Shown one piece after another: positions 25,227 to 39,636 of a stretch of 64,000 bases of DNA. This DNA is from Octopus vulgaris (Eukaryota). The translations under genes and the position numbers were made by a program. Every line of letters begins with the position of its first letter. Within the stretch, counting starts at the first letter, position 1. The stretch spans positions 23,436,001-23,500,000 of the forward strand of contig OX597828.1 of the NCBI GenBank assembly GCA_951406725.2. Reading direction: 5' to 3'. The notes beneath the pieces are model-generated. The model did no database searches, was not told the DNA's origin, and worked only from the letters and a program-made list of their open reading frames with translations.

Positions 25227-27273
25227 TGTATGTATATTGATGGATGGATGGCTGTATATGTGTGTATGCATTTATTTAGCACATTGTTTTTGTTGCCGTT
25301 TATTTTCTTCTTTGCATTTTTAGTGCTACTGTTGTCGTTATGACGGTTGCCGTTTTCTTTAATATTTACTAATTAGCCTGACAGATGTTCATAATTAACG
25401 TCTCAATTTGCCATTATTAATTTAGCAAGATACGCTGGTTGTCTCCCGCTATTGTTGATGCTGATGATGATGATGCTTCTGCTGCTGCTGCTGCTTCTAC
25501 TTCCGCTGCTACTGCCACCGTACCTGCTGTTATTGATGCATCAAACACTTGCTGCTTTCGCTTCACTTCCATGTAAGCGCAATGCGTGTTCGACTGCATA
25601 GAAATATACATGATATCACATTATCAAATTGAGTTGTACACTCACACTCACACATACCATACATACAGTCACACAGACAGCCGCATACACGCATACACAC
25701 AACGTCTACATACATACATACAATTCGAAAACGAAACCATGCAGTTGATACTCTATATTCTTAACCTCACACCATCACCTTCGCGAGATAAACATATAAA
25801 GTACATTATCAATATCTCATATTTAATGTATATGCATTAGTGAACGCTACCGTGATGCGCTATTTCGTTCAAGGAAAGACGTATCGTTTTTTAACAAGAT
25901 ACGTATTTAAATGAGACTACCTTTGACGAAATGCCTCAATTTTGCCGCGTTTTCTAACACAAATACATTAAATATGTGATATTGATACTATTTACATTAT
26001 TAACCGGCTACGAATGCAAAAGTTGAATTTTGTCTACCTCGTCAGATGATTTTTCTCATCAGCAAATATATTTTACGGCATTGGTATAGACACATTTGGT
26101 TGGCGGTGCATATATGACACTGAATAGAGGAAATGACCGAAAAATATTGTCATCTGTGGCACGCGTTTTATTTCCGGGAGGAATTCGTTGCGATTCTCTG
26201 GGTGATATGCTGTGAAGTAATCTCCCTTAGATGAAACACTGCAGATTTGTAGCGTTTGGTAACATACATTCAATATGTGATATCGAAAAAGGAATACAAT
26301 TTCAAGCGGCTTCGAATATAAAATCTGAAATTTCTAATGGACATTTTTAAGCTATCGAATATTGATTTCTTACAAAAACGCAAAGCTTCAAATTTACATA
26401 GGAGTCACACACAGTACTTGATTGGGACTTGCTTTTAGCGTTCCCTGAACGGAGAAAGGTAAAGATGAGCTCGATAGGAGTTCAACGCAGAACAGCAAAA
26501 TGATTAAAATTCGGAACCAACACCGCGGAACAACGTTTCTAACATTGTAACTCATCTCCTATAATGATGCATTCCAGATTGCCCACTATAATTGCGGTTT
26601 CAAATTTTGGCACAAAGCAACCAATTTTAGAAGCTGTTAGTCGATTGCATCGGTCCTAGTGCTAGCATGGTACTTTATTTTATCGATCTCGAACAAAAAC
26701 ATGCAAAACGGACGTCAGCTGAATTAGACATTATAACATACGAAATCGGAAGAAAATTTGCGAAGCATCTTATCCGATGCATTAACTATTCTGCCAGCAT
26801 CCAAACAGTAACAGGTCTATCGATTTTTTTCTGTCTCATTCTTGTTCAATTCCACCTATTTTTGTTAATTAGTAAGAGCAAGTCAATTACATGGCTGGTA
26901 TTTGCTTAATTGTCCTGAAGATATGAGCGGCAAAGCTGACCCCCTGCAGAATGTGAACCCAGAACGTAATGAGTCAAACTATTCGTCGCTAAGACTTTCC
27001 ACCGATGGGCAAATGATTGTGTTGGTGCAGCTCCTATCCTTAAAATCCTTAAAAATGTTTTAGCCCGAAGGCCGCGGCCATGCTGGGGCACCACCGCTGA
27101 GACTAATAATTGATTAGTCTTTCTAATATAGGCACAATGTCTGCATTTTGTGGGGAGGGGCAGTCGATCACGTTGATCCCAGTATTCAACTGGTACTTAA
27201 TTTATCGACCCCGAAATGATGAAAGGCATTTCGTGTGGCATGCTAATGAATCTGCCTTAAAAATAATAATAAT

Positions 27274-27372
<99 letters not shown>

Positions 27373-27619
27373 AAGAAGAAGAAGAAGAAGAAGAAGAAGA
27401 AGAAGAAGAAGAAGAAAATGATAATAATCTTTTCTAGTATAGTCTCAAGGCCTGAACTGTTGAGGGAGGGCGCAAGTCAATCTCATGTATCACAGTACTT
27501 AACAGGTAATTACTTCATCAATCCCTTTGAAACCGCGTATTGTCTGCAAGAAGCGGAACCCTTCGTTGTTATTCTCTCTTGAGCGAAGACAAAGATCTTT
27601 CCCCTTCGGTGACTTCTTG

Positions 27620-28250
27620 GAGGATTCCACTGCGTCAGTTTCTGTGATGGGTGGGTATGTTGAATTTAGTGACCGCTTCACTTACCTCGCCGCTGAGACT
27701 GGCAACGGCATTAGCCGTTAGTGGGAAGTCCTAAAATGACTTAAACGACCTGGTGTAGTGGTGGACACATTGCTGAAGGGTCTTTGTCGCTGCTAATATC
27801 TGTGTAGGAGGGCAAAGATTTGGGTCTTTAGGTCGCTGGTACTTTCTATCCTGCTTTACATGTGTGACTTGGACATTTCCTGGGTCCTTAAGAGCTGCCC
27901 GACCTCCTTTAGAACCAGGATGCATCGCAGAATTATGGGTTACCATTGGTGGGATCTTTTATCCAATCAACGACACTACTCAATCATTGGAATGCACCCT
28001 GCAACTTGTACGACACGGGAGTGCCAACACAGGCTCTTTGGCCATGTTGCTCAATTTACCGGCTGGCTTGACAGCTCATGTTGGTGGACAACGTGCCACA
28101 AGGTCCTGTCATATGAGAACGTATCTCACGGAGATGAGGGCTGGCTGGGACCCTGCTCGATGGACTACCGGGGGGACCCGAGAATATACCAACAAATGGT
28201 GAAAACCGTAACGCACTGCAACGGCACATCCCCCACACACACAAATACCT
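27620..28250 (+). mobile_element. Decayed RTE-clade LINE ORF fragment
   Basis: Frameshifted peptides GYVEFSDRFTYL, YLCRRAKIWVFRSLVLSILLY, RRIMGYHWWDLLSN and RLFGHVA, typical of the RTE post-RT region. Confidence 0.7.
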
Positions 28251-28684
28251 GACACCGAAAGAAATGAAATGCAAAGTCGACCGCGGTGGACTCTGAACTC
28301 AGAACGTGAGGGCCAGACAAAATGCGGTAAAAATTTTCTCCGATGTATTAACGACTCTTCCCATCTCTCCACCTATGATAAAACTAATAAAATGTAGGCC
28401 AGGTTGAGATTTGAACACACAGATTGGTGAACCAGGAAGATTACTGTCAAGATAACTACGTGAAAGCTCTTTTGACTCTGGTAACTAACCAGCACTTTTC
28501 ACTATTCACAAGGGTAAAATAACAATACGACCTACTAATTATTCCCCAATGTTGACGGACTTTACTAAATACTGCAAAATATTTCATCGGACCTTCTACC
28601 GAGTACTGTCATATATGCACCTATGAAATACTTTCAACAATTTTAATACTTTTATACGTTTAGTTTTGAATCCCTCTCTCTGTC

Positions 28685-28734
<50 letters not shown>

Positions 28735-29200
28735 ATTCATACACACTTCCATTATCTTTATATTGCCACAACAGTCTTAGAATATTCTTGTTGCTATTGT
28801 TGTTTTCCTTTGCGTGCGTCTTTATAAATAAGCGCAGTCATGGATTGATGGTTGACACGATTATCTTGCAGACAATACGAGGTTTCAAAGGCCATTCCTA
28901 CTGCGTCGCAGTTCGAGGTGAGTGGGGCGGATTCCATCACATCATAGCTTCGTGTTCGGAAATTATTTGTGCGGGGAATGTGATAGACTAGAACGCCGTC
29001 GAACCTCTCTAGACACATACTAACACATGCGTTTGTATGCATGTGTGTATGTGACTATGTGTGCGTGCGTGTGTGAGTGATTGTGTGTATATGTGTGACT
29101 CCGTGTGAGTAGGAGGATGTATAAAATGATAAATATATACGAGCGATGCCCCAGCATGGTCGCAGCCATACGGCTGAAACATATCTGAGAATAAAAGTAC

Positions 29201-29595
29201 GAGTGGCTGTGTGGTAAGTAGCTTGTTTACCAACCACATGGTTCTGGGTTCAGTACCACTGCGTGGCACCTTGGGCAAGTGTCTTCTACTATAGCCTCGG
29301 GCCGACCAAAGCCTTGTGAGTGGATTTGGTAGACGGAAACTGAAAGAAGCCCGTCGTATATATGTATATATATGCGTGTGTGTGTCTGTGTTTGTCCCCC
29401 TAGCATTGCTTGACAACCGATGCTGGTGTGTTTATGTCCTCGTTACCTAGCGGTTCGGCAAAAGAGACCGATAGAATAAGTACTGGGCTTACAAAAGAAT
29501 AAGTCCCGGGGTCGAGTTGCTCGATTAAAGGCGGTGCTCCAGCATGGCCGCAGTCAAATGACTGAAACAAGTAAAAGAGTAAAGAGTAAAAGAGT
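29201..29595 (+). mobile_element. Family O SINE, consensus-like; an older copy follows at about 29650-29955
   Basis: Near-identical to 40996-41410 and 61165-61576, with (gtaaaaga)n tail. Confidence 0.92.
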
Positions 29596-30798
29596 ATAAA
29601 TAAATATATGAAATTATTTAAATGAAAGACAACTTTAATAATAATAATAATGTCTGTGTGATAAGATGCTCGTTTCCCAACAACATAGTTTCGGGTTCAG
29701 TTCAACTTTGAGCACCTTGGTCAACTGTTTTCTACTATAGCCTAAGGCTTTCCAAGGCTTGGTGAGTGGAATTGATAGAAATTGAAAGAAGCCCGGGTCT
29801 GTGTGTATGTGTAAGTGTCTGTGTGTGTGTGTGTTTGTGTTTGTCCCCTATCATCGTTTGACAACCGGCGAAAGAGACCGATAGTATAAGTACTAGACTT
29901 ACAAAGAATAAGTCCTGGGGTATATTTGTTCGACTAAAGGCTGTGGTCCAGCAAACCTAAATGCAAACGAGAAATGTGTGTCCGTGTGTACCGTGTGAGG
30001 TTAGTCTGTGAGTTAGTGTGCGTGTGTGTGCTTGTGTGTATCATATACACAAACCATTGCGCACGTTTTCATAATTTGGATCCTTTATGTGAGGACATGA
30101 AGCCAGTGAAACTCAAAGCAATGTTTTCAACGGATACATCGAGATATTTGTTCCTCACTGAAGTGCAAACACTTACTTGCCACTTCCTACGTGCAAGTAC
30201 TTCCTTGCCGCTTCCCACTATTGCCGCTACAAATAAATAAATAAATAAAACGAACAGTACGTGGCCTATAGTTATAAAACCTTGACCAACGATTCTATTG
30301 TTAACAAATTTTGTTAGAAACCATATAAAAATTAATTATATTGATATAAAATATTTATGTATATATATTTAATACATATACGCATACTTATGTATATATC
30401 TAACATATGTGTGTTTTGGTGTTTAAATATGTATATGTGCTACAATGTGTCTATATGCATGCAGTCCTCAAGAGGCTAAGTGAAAATTATACTCAAGCAT
30501 TTAATAGAAGCTATAAAATTATCAAATAATAGGCCTTCCTTATTTCCGTCCTACGTCTTACGTTATTAGTTTGGCATTTTGAACTAACCACAATAATATC
30601 TTTATAAATACCCCTGTTATGTTACAAAAGCCAAAATACTGTGTATTTATTTTATTTTCACATAGCACAACCACCACCACCACCACCACCACAATTCACA
30701 CACACACACTCATACGACCACCATCCTCACCACTTCAAGTTATTTCCGAAGCCATAACCGAAACGTACACAAAACAATGTTCACGATTATGATGATGA

Positions 30799-30829
<31 letters not shown>

Positions 30830-30989
30830 AGTGGTGGTGATGATGATGACGGAAAGATGATGACCATGACGATGATGACCATGACGATGATGATAATAAT
30901 GATGATGATAAAGATGGTAATAATAGGAAAATTGTGTAAATAATAATAAGAAGAATGAATAATACAACAACAACAACAACAACAACAAC

Positions 30990-31043
<54 letters not shown>

Positions 31044-31618
31044 TGTAATATTAATAAAAATAACAATGATAATGATAGAAAGTGTAGTAATAGGGAAGAA
31101 GGAAGAAGAAGAAGAAGAAGAAGAAGAAGAAGAAGAAGAAGAAGAAGAAAAGAGAAGAAGAAAAGAAAAAGAAAAAGAAAGAAGAAGAAGAAGAAGAAGA
31201 AGAAGAAGAAGAAGAAGAAGAAGAAGAAGAAGAAGAAGAAGAAGAAGAAGAAGAAGAAGAAGAAGAAGAAGAAGAAGAAGAAGAAGAAGAAGAAGAATGA
31301 TTTATCTTATTGCCTCAAGTACGACGGGTTTAGAAGGACATTACCTGTAGAAATTATAAAACCATTGTTCGCGGCGGTGATGGTGATGGTAATGGTGATG
31401 CTGGTGCTGGTGCTGGTGGGTTGGAGGCAGTTACTGTTGGTAGTGTTTGGCAGTGGTGGGTTCTACTGGAAGTCTGTTTCGAAGACAAATGTAAACAAAC
31501 ACCGACATACATACCATAGCGTTATAGAAAGAAGCCTAGTATAATAATGATGATGATGATGATGATGATAACCATAATAATAATAATAACAACAACAACA
31601 ACAACAACAATAATAATG

Positions 31619-31679
<61 letters not shown>

Positions 31680-32236
31680 GTGGAACAAATTGTAATTTCG
31701 TGCAGGAAATGAATTTAAAAACATTCAAGTACATGGTTTATGTTGATGTGAACATTATGGCTTCTTCTAGCCCTTAGCCCACCTCACCACCCCTAAACTC
31801 ACTCACACACATATACGAAACTCAACCTCAGTTTTCTAAATCATAATATACATTTAAGCTCTGTTGGCAACAACTGATGCAAACGGCTTTATATATCAAT
31901 ATAGAAAATGGCCATTTGTTGGAAATTTAATGATGGAATAAAATATACAATATCATTTCAGATAATTTTCCCAACATGACATTCAATAATTTAATTTTCA
32001 AAGTAATATACTTTGTAATGAAATGAGGGGGAGAGTTAGAGGGAGATGGAGCGAAAGTAAGTGGGCGAAATATGAGCGTAAGTGATGGGAAGAAGAGTGT
32101 GAGGAAAAACCCGTAATATAGTCCTTCATAGCATTCGTTTTCGTTGTAGCACAGATAACAGAAGACACGTAGCAATTAGTTATAGAATGTGACACTTTAT
32201 ATGTGACAGTTTATATGTGTGTGCGTGTGTGTATGC

Positions 32237-32290
<54 letters not shown>

Positions 32291-32619
32291 AGGTGAGGCT
32301 TGTCTTATTCTCTGAACACGTATCACTCATACATTTAAATACACATGTCTCTATACGTTGATACCCACGCTGGAATATAGTTTCACACACGCTCTAATTA
32401 CTCTGTACTAAAACATGCTCCCTCGTATATACAGGGACAAACTTACACTTACACTTACGGAGTAACTCATAAATCAGTCACTGAAGTGACTGGATTATCA
32501 AGTACGCACACACACATTTACGCACACATGCACAGTTATATACGTACACTTATATGAATCGTAAATGAGTCTTCAGTGCAGTAACAGCAGCTATATTGTA
32601 TCCCTTCTATACAGGAATG

Positions 32620-32842
32620 CAATAATCCCTCGACTATCGCGGGTTTTACGTTCCAAAGTATCCCGCGATAGTTGAAAATCCGCGAAGTAGAAATAGTACT
32701 GTACTGTATATGTTTTTTGATTATCTTTATACTTTTTGTATATTTATTTTATTATAAATGCAAAACAACATCACGGAGGAATCGACGTAAGCTTAAATAA
32801 TAAACCGCGATATGTGAATCGTGATATGGCGAGGGATTACTG
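32620..32842. mobile_element. pogo/Tigger-like MITE
   Basis: TIRs caataatccctcg.ctatcgcg and cgtgatatggcgagggattactg, followed by TA. Confidence 0.75.
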
Positions 32843-33376
32843 TAAACAGATACATTTCCTATCACGCTGTAGGTAGAGAGTGCTCCTCTCATGGCAACGT
32901 TGTTTACTCCAGTTATATGATAGTGAACACCTATTGCTCGAAGTAAGATGGTCTGGTTCAGCCATCCTGTTCAGCCATCTCATACTCTTCGGCAAGTTAT
33001 GTTATAATCCTTTCTACGATTGGCAGAAGGCCTGAAATTTGGGATGAGGGGAAAAGACGGACGAAATGGTGCTAAGCATTTTGTTCCATGTTCTAACGAT
33101 TCTATCACCTCGCTGCCTTCAATGATCTTTTCTGGCCTGAAATTTTGCTTTTTAAGGATGGGATGAATCGATTAAATCCTCCCCAGTGCTCAACCAGTAT
33201 TTAATAGACCGTGAGAGGATGAAAGGTAAAGATGACTTAAGTAGGTGGAATTCGAATTCAGAACATAAAGACGTAAGGAATGATGTTAAGTACTTTGTCT
33301 GGTGCACTAACGATTCTGCCAGTACGTTACCCCTAATATCATAAAGACAAGGCCTGAAATTTTAGGAAAAAGGGCC

Positions 33377-33788
33377 TAGTTAGTTAAGTTAAGTTAAGTT
33401 AATTTTTTGGCTCAAAAAGCAAAAAGCAAGGCCATGTAGGGGGACATGGAGTTATGTACAGGGAGGGTGTTCATGCAAAGAGACCAGGCCATTTCTGGTC
33501 AAGAGAGACTTTGAACCGAGCGATCGTCGGCATCTTCGCTATGTCGTCCCGCAGCTTATTCCACGGATCTGCAACCCGGACGGAGAAAGCCCCTCTGCTT
33601 CGATTGAGATGAAATCCTCGCAGATAGAGCTTTTCGGAGTGACCCCGCAGCCGACGCTCTGGAGCAGGAGTGAAGAACAGCTCTTTCGAGAGGTTACACT
33701 TTCCGCTTATGATGTTGTGAGCAAGAATGAGATCACCACGGCGTCGTCGTTTTTCTAGAGAATAAAGGTCGAGCGTCTTCAGCCTTTC
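33377..33788 (-). mobile_element. 5'-truncated CR1-clade LINE nested in a family M SINE
   Basis: ERLKTLDLYSLEKRRRRGDLILAHNII...RLRGHSEKL...FSVRVADPWNKL. Short 3' UTR ending in (AACTT)n. The flanks rejoin to the SINE motif ctagtcgattac. Confidence 0.9.
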
Positions 33789-34933
33789 TTTGATTACATC
33801 CACGCCAGTGTTCGACTGGTACTTATTGTTCGACCCCAAAAGGACGAAAGCAAAGTCTACATCAGCAGATGTGAAATAAGAACAAAAAGACAGACGAAAT
33901 ACCGCTAAGTACTTTGTCCAGCTAGTCACTTTTAGTTATGTTATAATCATGACTATTTAGAGAACAAAATTCGGTGATATGATGCAAATGATTTTCTCTC
34001 AGTTCTAGAAATGGTTGAAAGATCATCTGAAGACGGATTTGGAAAGGAGTAAAATCGAACCATTTAAACAATGTAAAATAGATCCTGAGCAACCTTCGCC
34101 TGTGGAACCTTCGGAATGGCACACAATGCATTGAGCTTTTGTAGTAGCGCAACTGGCCTGATAATAAGCTAGACTGCTTTTCGGAAAAAAGAGCCCATAC
34201 CTAGTGCAAAACTTCGCTGCTGATCAATCACATTGGATGTCTCACTATTCAAAAGCGCCTAAAGATACGAATGCAAAACTAAGAGGATGAGATGGAATGG
34301 CGTCACACTAAAATGTAGTTACAGCTAACTTTCCTACACAATTTAATTTTCATATCCCCTATGTAAACTACACGCGAATGATTCGGTTATAAATCATCTG
34401 CACATGATGAACATCCTCACTGGAATTCAGAAACATATATAAAACTGTAATATAATATATTGCCCCATATACATTAACCACGGTTAAATACCTCATGTGA
34501 AGACGAATAATTATCCAACATATCTAGGTATTACATGTTTATAGATATTATTTAACTCGTGAATTAGGTACACATCATTAGAAGGACACATAAGGATTTA
34601 GTAACAGCTAAAATTCGTTCCATTGAGAAACATACGCGTGGGAATAATTAATATGCGATCATATTTGGAGATTTAGAAGTAGACATTCGTTGTGTATGAT
34701 TTAATAGAATTAGACGTCATAGACCAGGTGATCACCTTGACGGATCAGCTGCCGTATGATACATATGATTAATTAGTATATTTTATCTCGTTTATTGCAC
34801 TTCGATATAAGGCTACATCGATGAAACTATCAAACGTGTGATATGTGACTATAGTGCTCATTACTGTATGATTACACACACGCATACATACACTCACACA
34901 AAAACACACACTCTCACTCACACACACGCACGC

Positions 34934-34971
<38 letters not shown>

Positions 34972-35136
34972 ACACACACACATATATATATACATAACGA
35001 GATACATACTTGCAAACGTATATAATGATTCTACAAATATGTATATTTTCATAGTTGCCCGCACACAGATACCTATATATATATATATATATATACATAC
35101 ATACCCACATATATATATGTGTGTGTGTGTATACAT

Positions 35137-35231
<95 letters not shown>

Positions 35232-35654
35232 TGTATGTATATTTGTATATATGAATTTATGTATATATTTACGTAAGTATGTGTATATATGCATTGTAAT
35301 GTCACATGGACAGACGTCAGGGAATTGAACGCGCCATCACGGGAATCACTGTTTGCATATCCAGACTGATCAGCGCTTCATTTCTCGTTGCTCTCTATAG
35401 GCAATATTGAATCGATGGAGGCAAAGAGATTAAGCACAACGCAAATATTTGATTACAACAAACATAAGTGTGGGAGGTTCGGCAAGAAATTGTCGAGGCG
35501 TAAACCGTTGTCTAATGACAGGAGACTCCATATCGTATATGCATATATATATATATATATATAAATATATGATTTTAATGTTTCGAGCATAGCTTTTCGT
35601 CAGAAAGGAGCCCGTAAAATTCAAGAGAAGCAAAACAATGTACTATTATTATTA

Positions 35655-35738
<84 letters not shown>

Positions 35739-35739
<1 letters not shown>

Positions 35740-36207
35740 GAGTGAGAGAGCAGTGCATGCCATCAAAGTGACACTGGGGTAAAATATACGAAGCCCAATA
35801 TTCCCATCATGACTACCCGTCTGATAAGGGTACACCAGGCACATGCATCACAACCATGTGTGCGCGACATGGTGATCTCATATCAAGATAAACAGCGCAT
35901 GACCTTGCAGGTGGGGCCCAGTTAGAATTTTCTTCTGGTCAAGTAGCCCAACCCGCTCAAAAGGTCCCTGAGTAAGGGTTGTTTAAGGATGTTGAAAGAA
36001 GCATCCACGTTTCCAAAGTTGAATTATCCAAACTTCCAAGAAATTCCTTTCAACACATGGTTATGATGCTCCCCCACTACTTCTGCTCGTGATCAGCAAT
36101 GCACATATCGTCAGTGACATCCTCAACTGGTTATGGTCAAACAACTGACAAGAAAATCTATGGTATTGAGCAGAATATTTGCTGTAGCCCATCTTTTATA
36201 CCAAGAT
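35739..36207 (-). mobile_element. AAT-tailed non-coding retroposed repeat
   Basis: Minus strand ends gcactgctctctcactc-(AAT)n. Homologous to 14480-14908. Confidence 0.75.
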
Positions 36208-36357
36208 AGATAGACAATGATGATGAGGAGGGGGAGGAAGAAGTGGAGGAGGAGGAGGAAGAGGAAGACGAGGAGGAGGATGTGTGAGGTGCGAGGTGTA
36301 ATGAAAAGAATACCGTTATGGCAATTATTATTATTATTATTATTATTATTATTTTTA

Positions 36358-36394
<37 letters not shown>

Positions 36395-36949
36395 CATCAT
36401 TATTATTATTCTCAATGATAACAATATCCGATGATACTTCCTGTGTTTTGTTGCGTTTTTCCTCTGACTTGTCGACATTCCGCTGCTATTTCTGACTGGA
36501 CGAAATACGGCATACAGGATCAATCCTCGTCTCGTGAGAATTGATATTGTTCAGATTATTGTGATTTTATTTCATATTGTATATTTTATTTTAATTTATT
36601 TTATTTCAAATATAATTCTATATTCTCATTTTATTTCATATTTTATTTCATTTCGATATATTTATATTTTTTTTCACATACTTTTCCTTTTCACTTTTTC
36701 TGGCATTTTTTTTGTTGTTGTTTACTTTGTTGTTCCTTTAGTTTTTATTTAATTTAATTTCTATTTTTTTCCAAAAGTCATTAGTGAAAGACCATTCTAA
36801 TTAATAAATTAGAATTAAAAAGGAAGAAATGAAGAAATGCGACAGAAACTAGTCTGCTAAATTACTAAAAATACTAACAACCTAATAAATCGTCTTGTGT
36901 ACAAGTTGAAGAAAAATATCACGACTGCCAGATCAAATAATTTTGAGGA

Positions 36950-37272
36950 GACGGAGAGGTGGTGGCGTTGGTGGTGGTGCTGGTGTTGGTATGGTGGTGG
37001 TGGAGCTTGTGGTGGAGGCGTTGGTGGCGCTATGGGGTAAGGGCGTGCGGTGTAAAATGGTAAATCAGGAAACTCTTGATTATTGGATTCGTTGCAATGC
37101 TGATGATAGTAGTGATGATGACGATGATGATGATGATGATGATAACGTTTTTGAAGATGATGATGATGATGACGATGATGATGATAATGATGATGATGAG
37201 GATGAGTATGAGGATGATGATGTGTAAGGTGCGAGGTGTAATGACAAGAATACCGTTCTGGCTAAATTAAAA

Positions 37273-37322
<50 letters not shown>

Positions 37323-38068
37323 TATTATCATCATCATTATCATTATTATCATTATTAGCATAATTCTTATTATTATTTTTAAAATGATTACTATTATCAT
37401 CATCGTTATCGTTATCGTCATCATTATCATCATCATCTTCATCATCATCATCATCATTATTATTATTACTACTACTACTACTACTACAATAATTTATAGT
37501 ATTTTTATTTGTAGTAGTAGTAGTAGTAGTGGTGGTGGTGGTGGTGGTGGTGGTGGTGGTGGTGATTGTGGTGGTGGTAAGAAGAAGAAGGAGGAGGAGG
37601 AGGAAGTGGAGAAAGAAGAAGAAGAAGAGAAGGAGGGGAGGAGGAGGCGGGGGAGGAGTGGGAGGGAGAGGGATTGGTGGGGGAGGAGGAGGAGGAATCC
37701 ACATCAAATAATATCTTTATCCTTTTAGATTGCTTGGAATATCTGTGTATCATTCAATTATTATTTCCACGTGGAACAACAACAACAACAACAACAACAA
37801 TAACAACAACAGCAACATCATCGACGACGAGGAAGATAACCATGACGATGAGCATGATGATCACGCCTACAACATCAACAACAACAACAAGAAACAAAAC
37901 TTTACAAACAGGAACAGTAAAAACGACAATTGCAGAGAGTGCTAGAAGTACACCTGAAATGAAAAGCAATAAAAAAAAATTAAAAAAAAGAAGAAACAAA
38001 GAAAAAAACATTTCAATGGCAACAATTAGATTCATCATATACAGGAACAACAACAACAACAACAACAG

Positions 38069-38103
<35 letters not shown>

Positions 38104-38421
38104 ACAACAACAACAAAGGTGATAACTTGAGAATTTAAGAAGCAATGCAAAACACTCGAAAAAACATGGCTAAGGTGATACTAAAGAAGTCGTTGACAAT
38201 GATGAGGTTGAGGAGGAGGGGGAGGAGAAGGAGAAGGAGGGAGTTGAGGAGGAAAGGAAAGGAAAGTGGAGGATGGCGACGACGACGACGACGACGACGA
38301 TGAGAATGACGAGAACGACCACGGCTATAATAATGGCGCGGATGACGGTGAGGAGGGACGATGGTGACAACGACCTCAAGGCAAAGAAGACGATGCTGTT
38401 GCTGCTGCTGCTGCTACTGCT

Positions 38422-38483
<62 letters not shown>

Positions 38484-38810
38484 GGATGATGATGATGGTG
38501 GTGCTGGTGGTGCTGGTGGTGCTGGTGGTGCTGGTGGTGGTGATGATGATGATGATGATGTTAGTGGTGGTGGTGGTGGTGGTGGTGAGGAGGAGGATGA
38601 TGATGATGATGATGATGAGGAGGAGGAGGAGGAGGAGGAGGAGGATGAAGATGATGATGATGATGATGTTGGTGATGATAATGGTGATGATAATGGTGAT
38701 GATGATGTTATTGACCTTGATCGTCATGAACGCGCTGCTAGTGGTATGGATGGTGGTGATGTTGGCTGTGGTGGTGTGGTATTGTTGTTGCCGTCTTTGT
38801 TGTTGTTCTT
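36950..38810. repeat. Large compound trinucleotide microsatellite field
   Basis: GAT, ATT, ATC, GGT, GAG, AAC and CTG runs. Confidence 0.9.
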
Positions 38811-39269
38811 GGTAGTTTTTTATGTTGGATAAGTATTTTTTATTGAAGTCGAAAGAATAAAAGATAAATGTGGTTTTGACCGGATTCGAACTCGGAGCCT
38901 AAAGAACTAGAACAAAAAACAAGATGAGACATTTCATCTAAAATCTAACCTATTATGGGTCGGCAAATTCGACATTTGTAAAGAATTCGCATAATACCTA
39001 AAATAGTCTTTTTTACTCTAGGCTTCAGGGCCAAACGTTTTGGGGAGGGGCCCAGTCGATTAGATCAAACCAGTAGGCAACTGGTACTTAATTTATCGAT
39101 CCCGAAAGGATGAGAGCCAAAGCCGACCTTGGCAAAATTTGAACTCGAAACGTAAAGACAGACGAAATACTGCTAACGTTTCTGCCAGCTCGCCGCTTTA
39201 ATGATAAGTAAAATATTACCAGTTCTCAGAGAATAGCACAAATAATGGGGATATATTAAAAAATGATGT

Positions 39270-39636
39270 AGCTTGCTTATCAACCACATAGTTCCGGGAT
39301 CAGTCCCACTGTACGGTACCTTGGGCAAGTGTCTTCTCCTATGGCCTCGGGCCGACCAAAGCCTTGTGACTGTATTTGTTAGACGGAAACTGAAAGAATA
39401 CTGTCGTTTGTATACATATGTATATATGTATATGTTTGTGTGTCGGTATCTGTCTCCCCAACATCGCTTGACAACCGATGCTGGTGTGTTTACGTCCCCG
39501 TAACTTAGCAGTTCAGCAAGAGACACCGACAGAATAAGTACTAGGCTTACAAAGAATAAGTCCTGGGGTCGATTTGCTCGACCAAAGGCGGTGCTCCCGC
39601 ATGACCGCAGTCAAATGTCTGAAACAAATAAAAGAA
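39270..39636 (+). mobile_element. Family O SINE
   Basis: Similarity to the family consensus. Confidence 0.88.

Noticed and set aside
25426-25572. 147-bp open phase-2/2 segment with donor gtaagc that could precede the microexon
   Set aside because: Weak acceptor and content largely degenerate GCT/GAT repeat. Cannot be supported without RNA-seq.
30666-30770. Acceptor-like ttttcacatag followed by a poly-Pro/His frame
   Set aside because: CCA and CA microsatellite content, an in-frame stop and no good donor.
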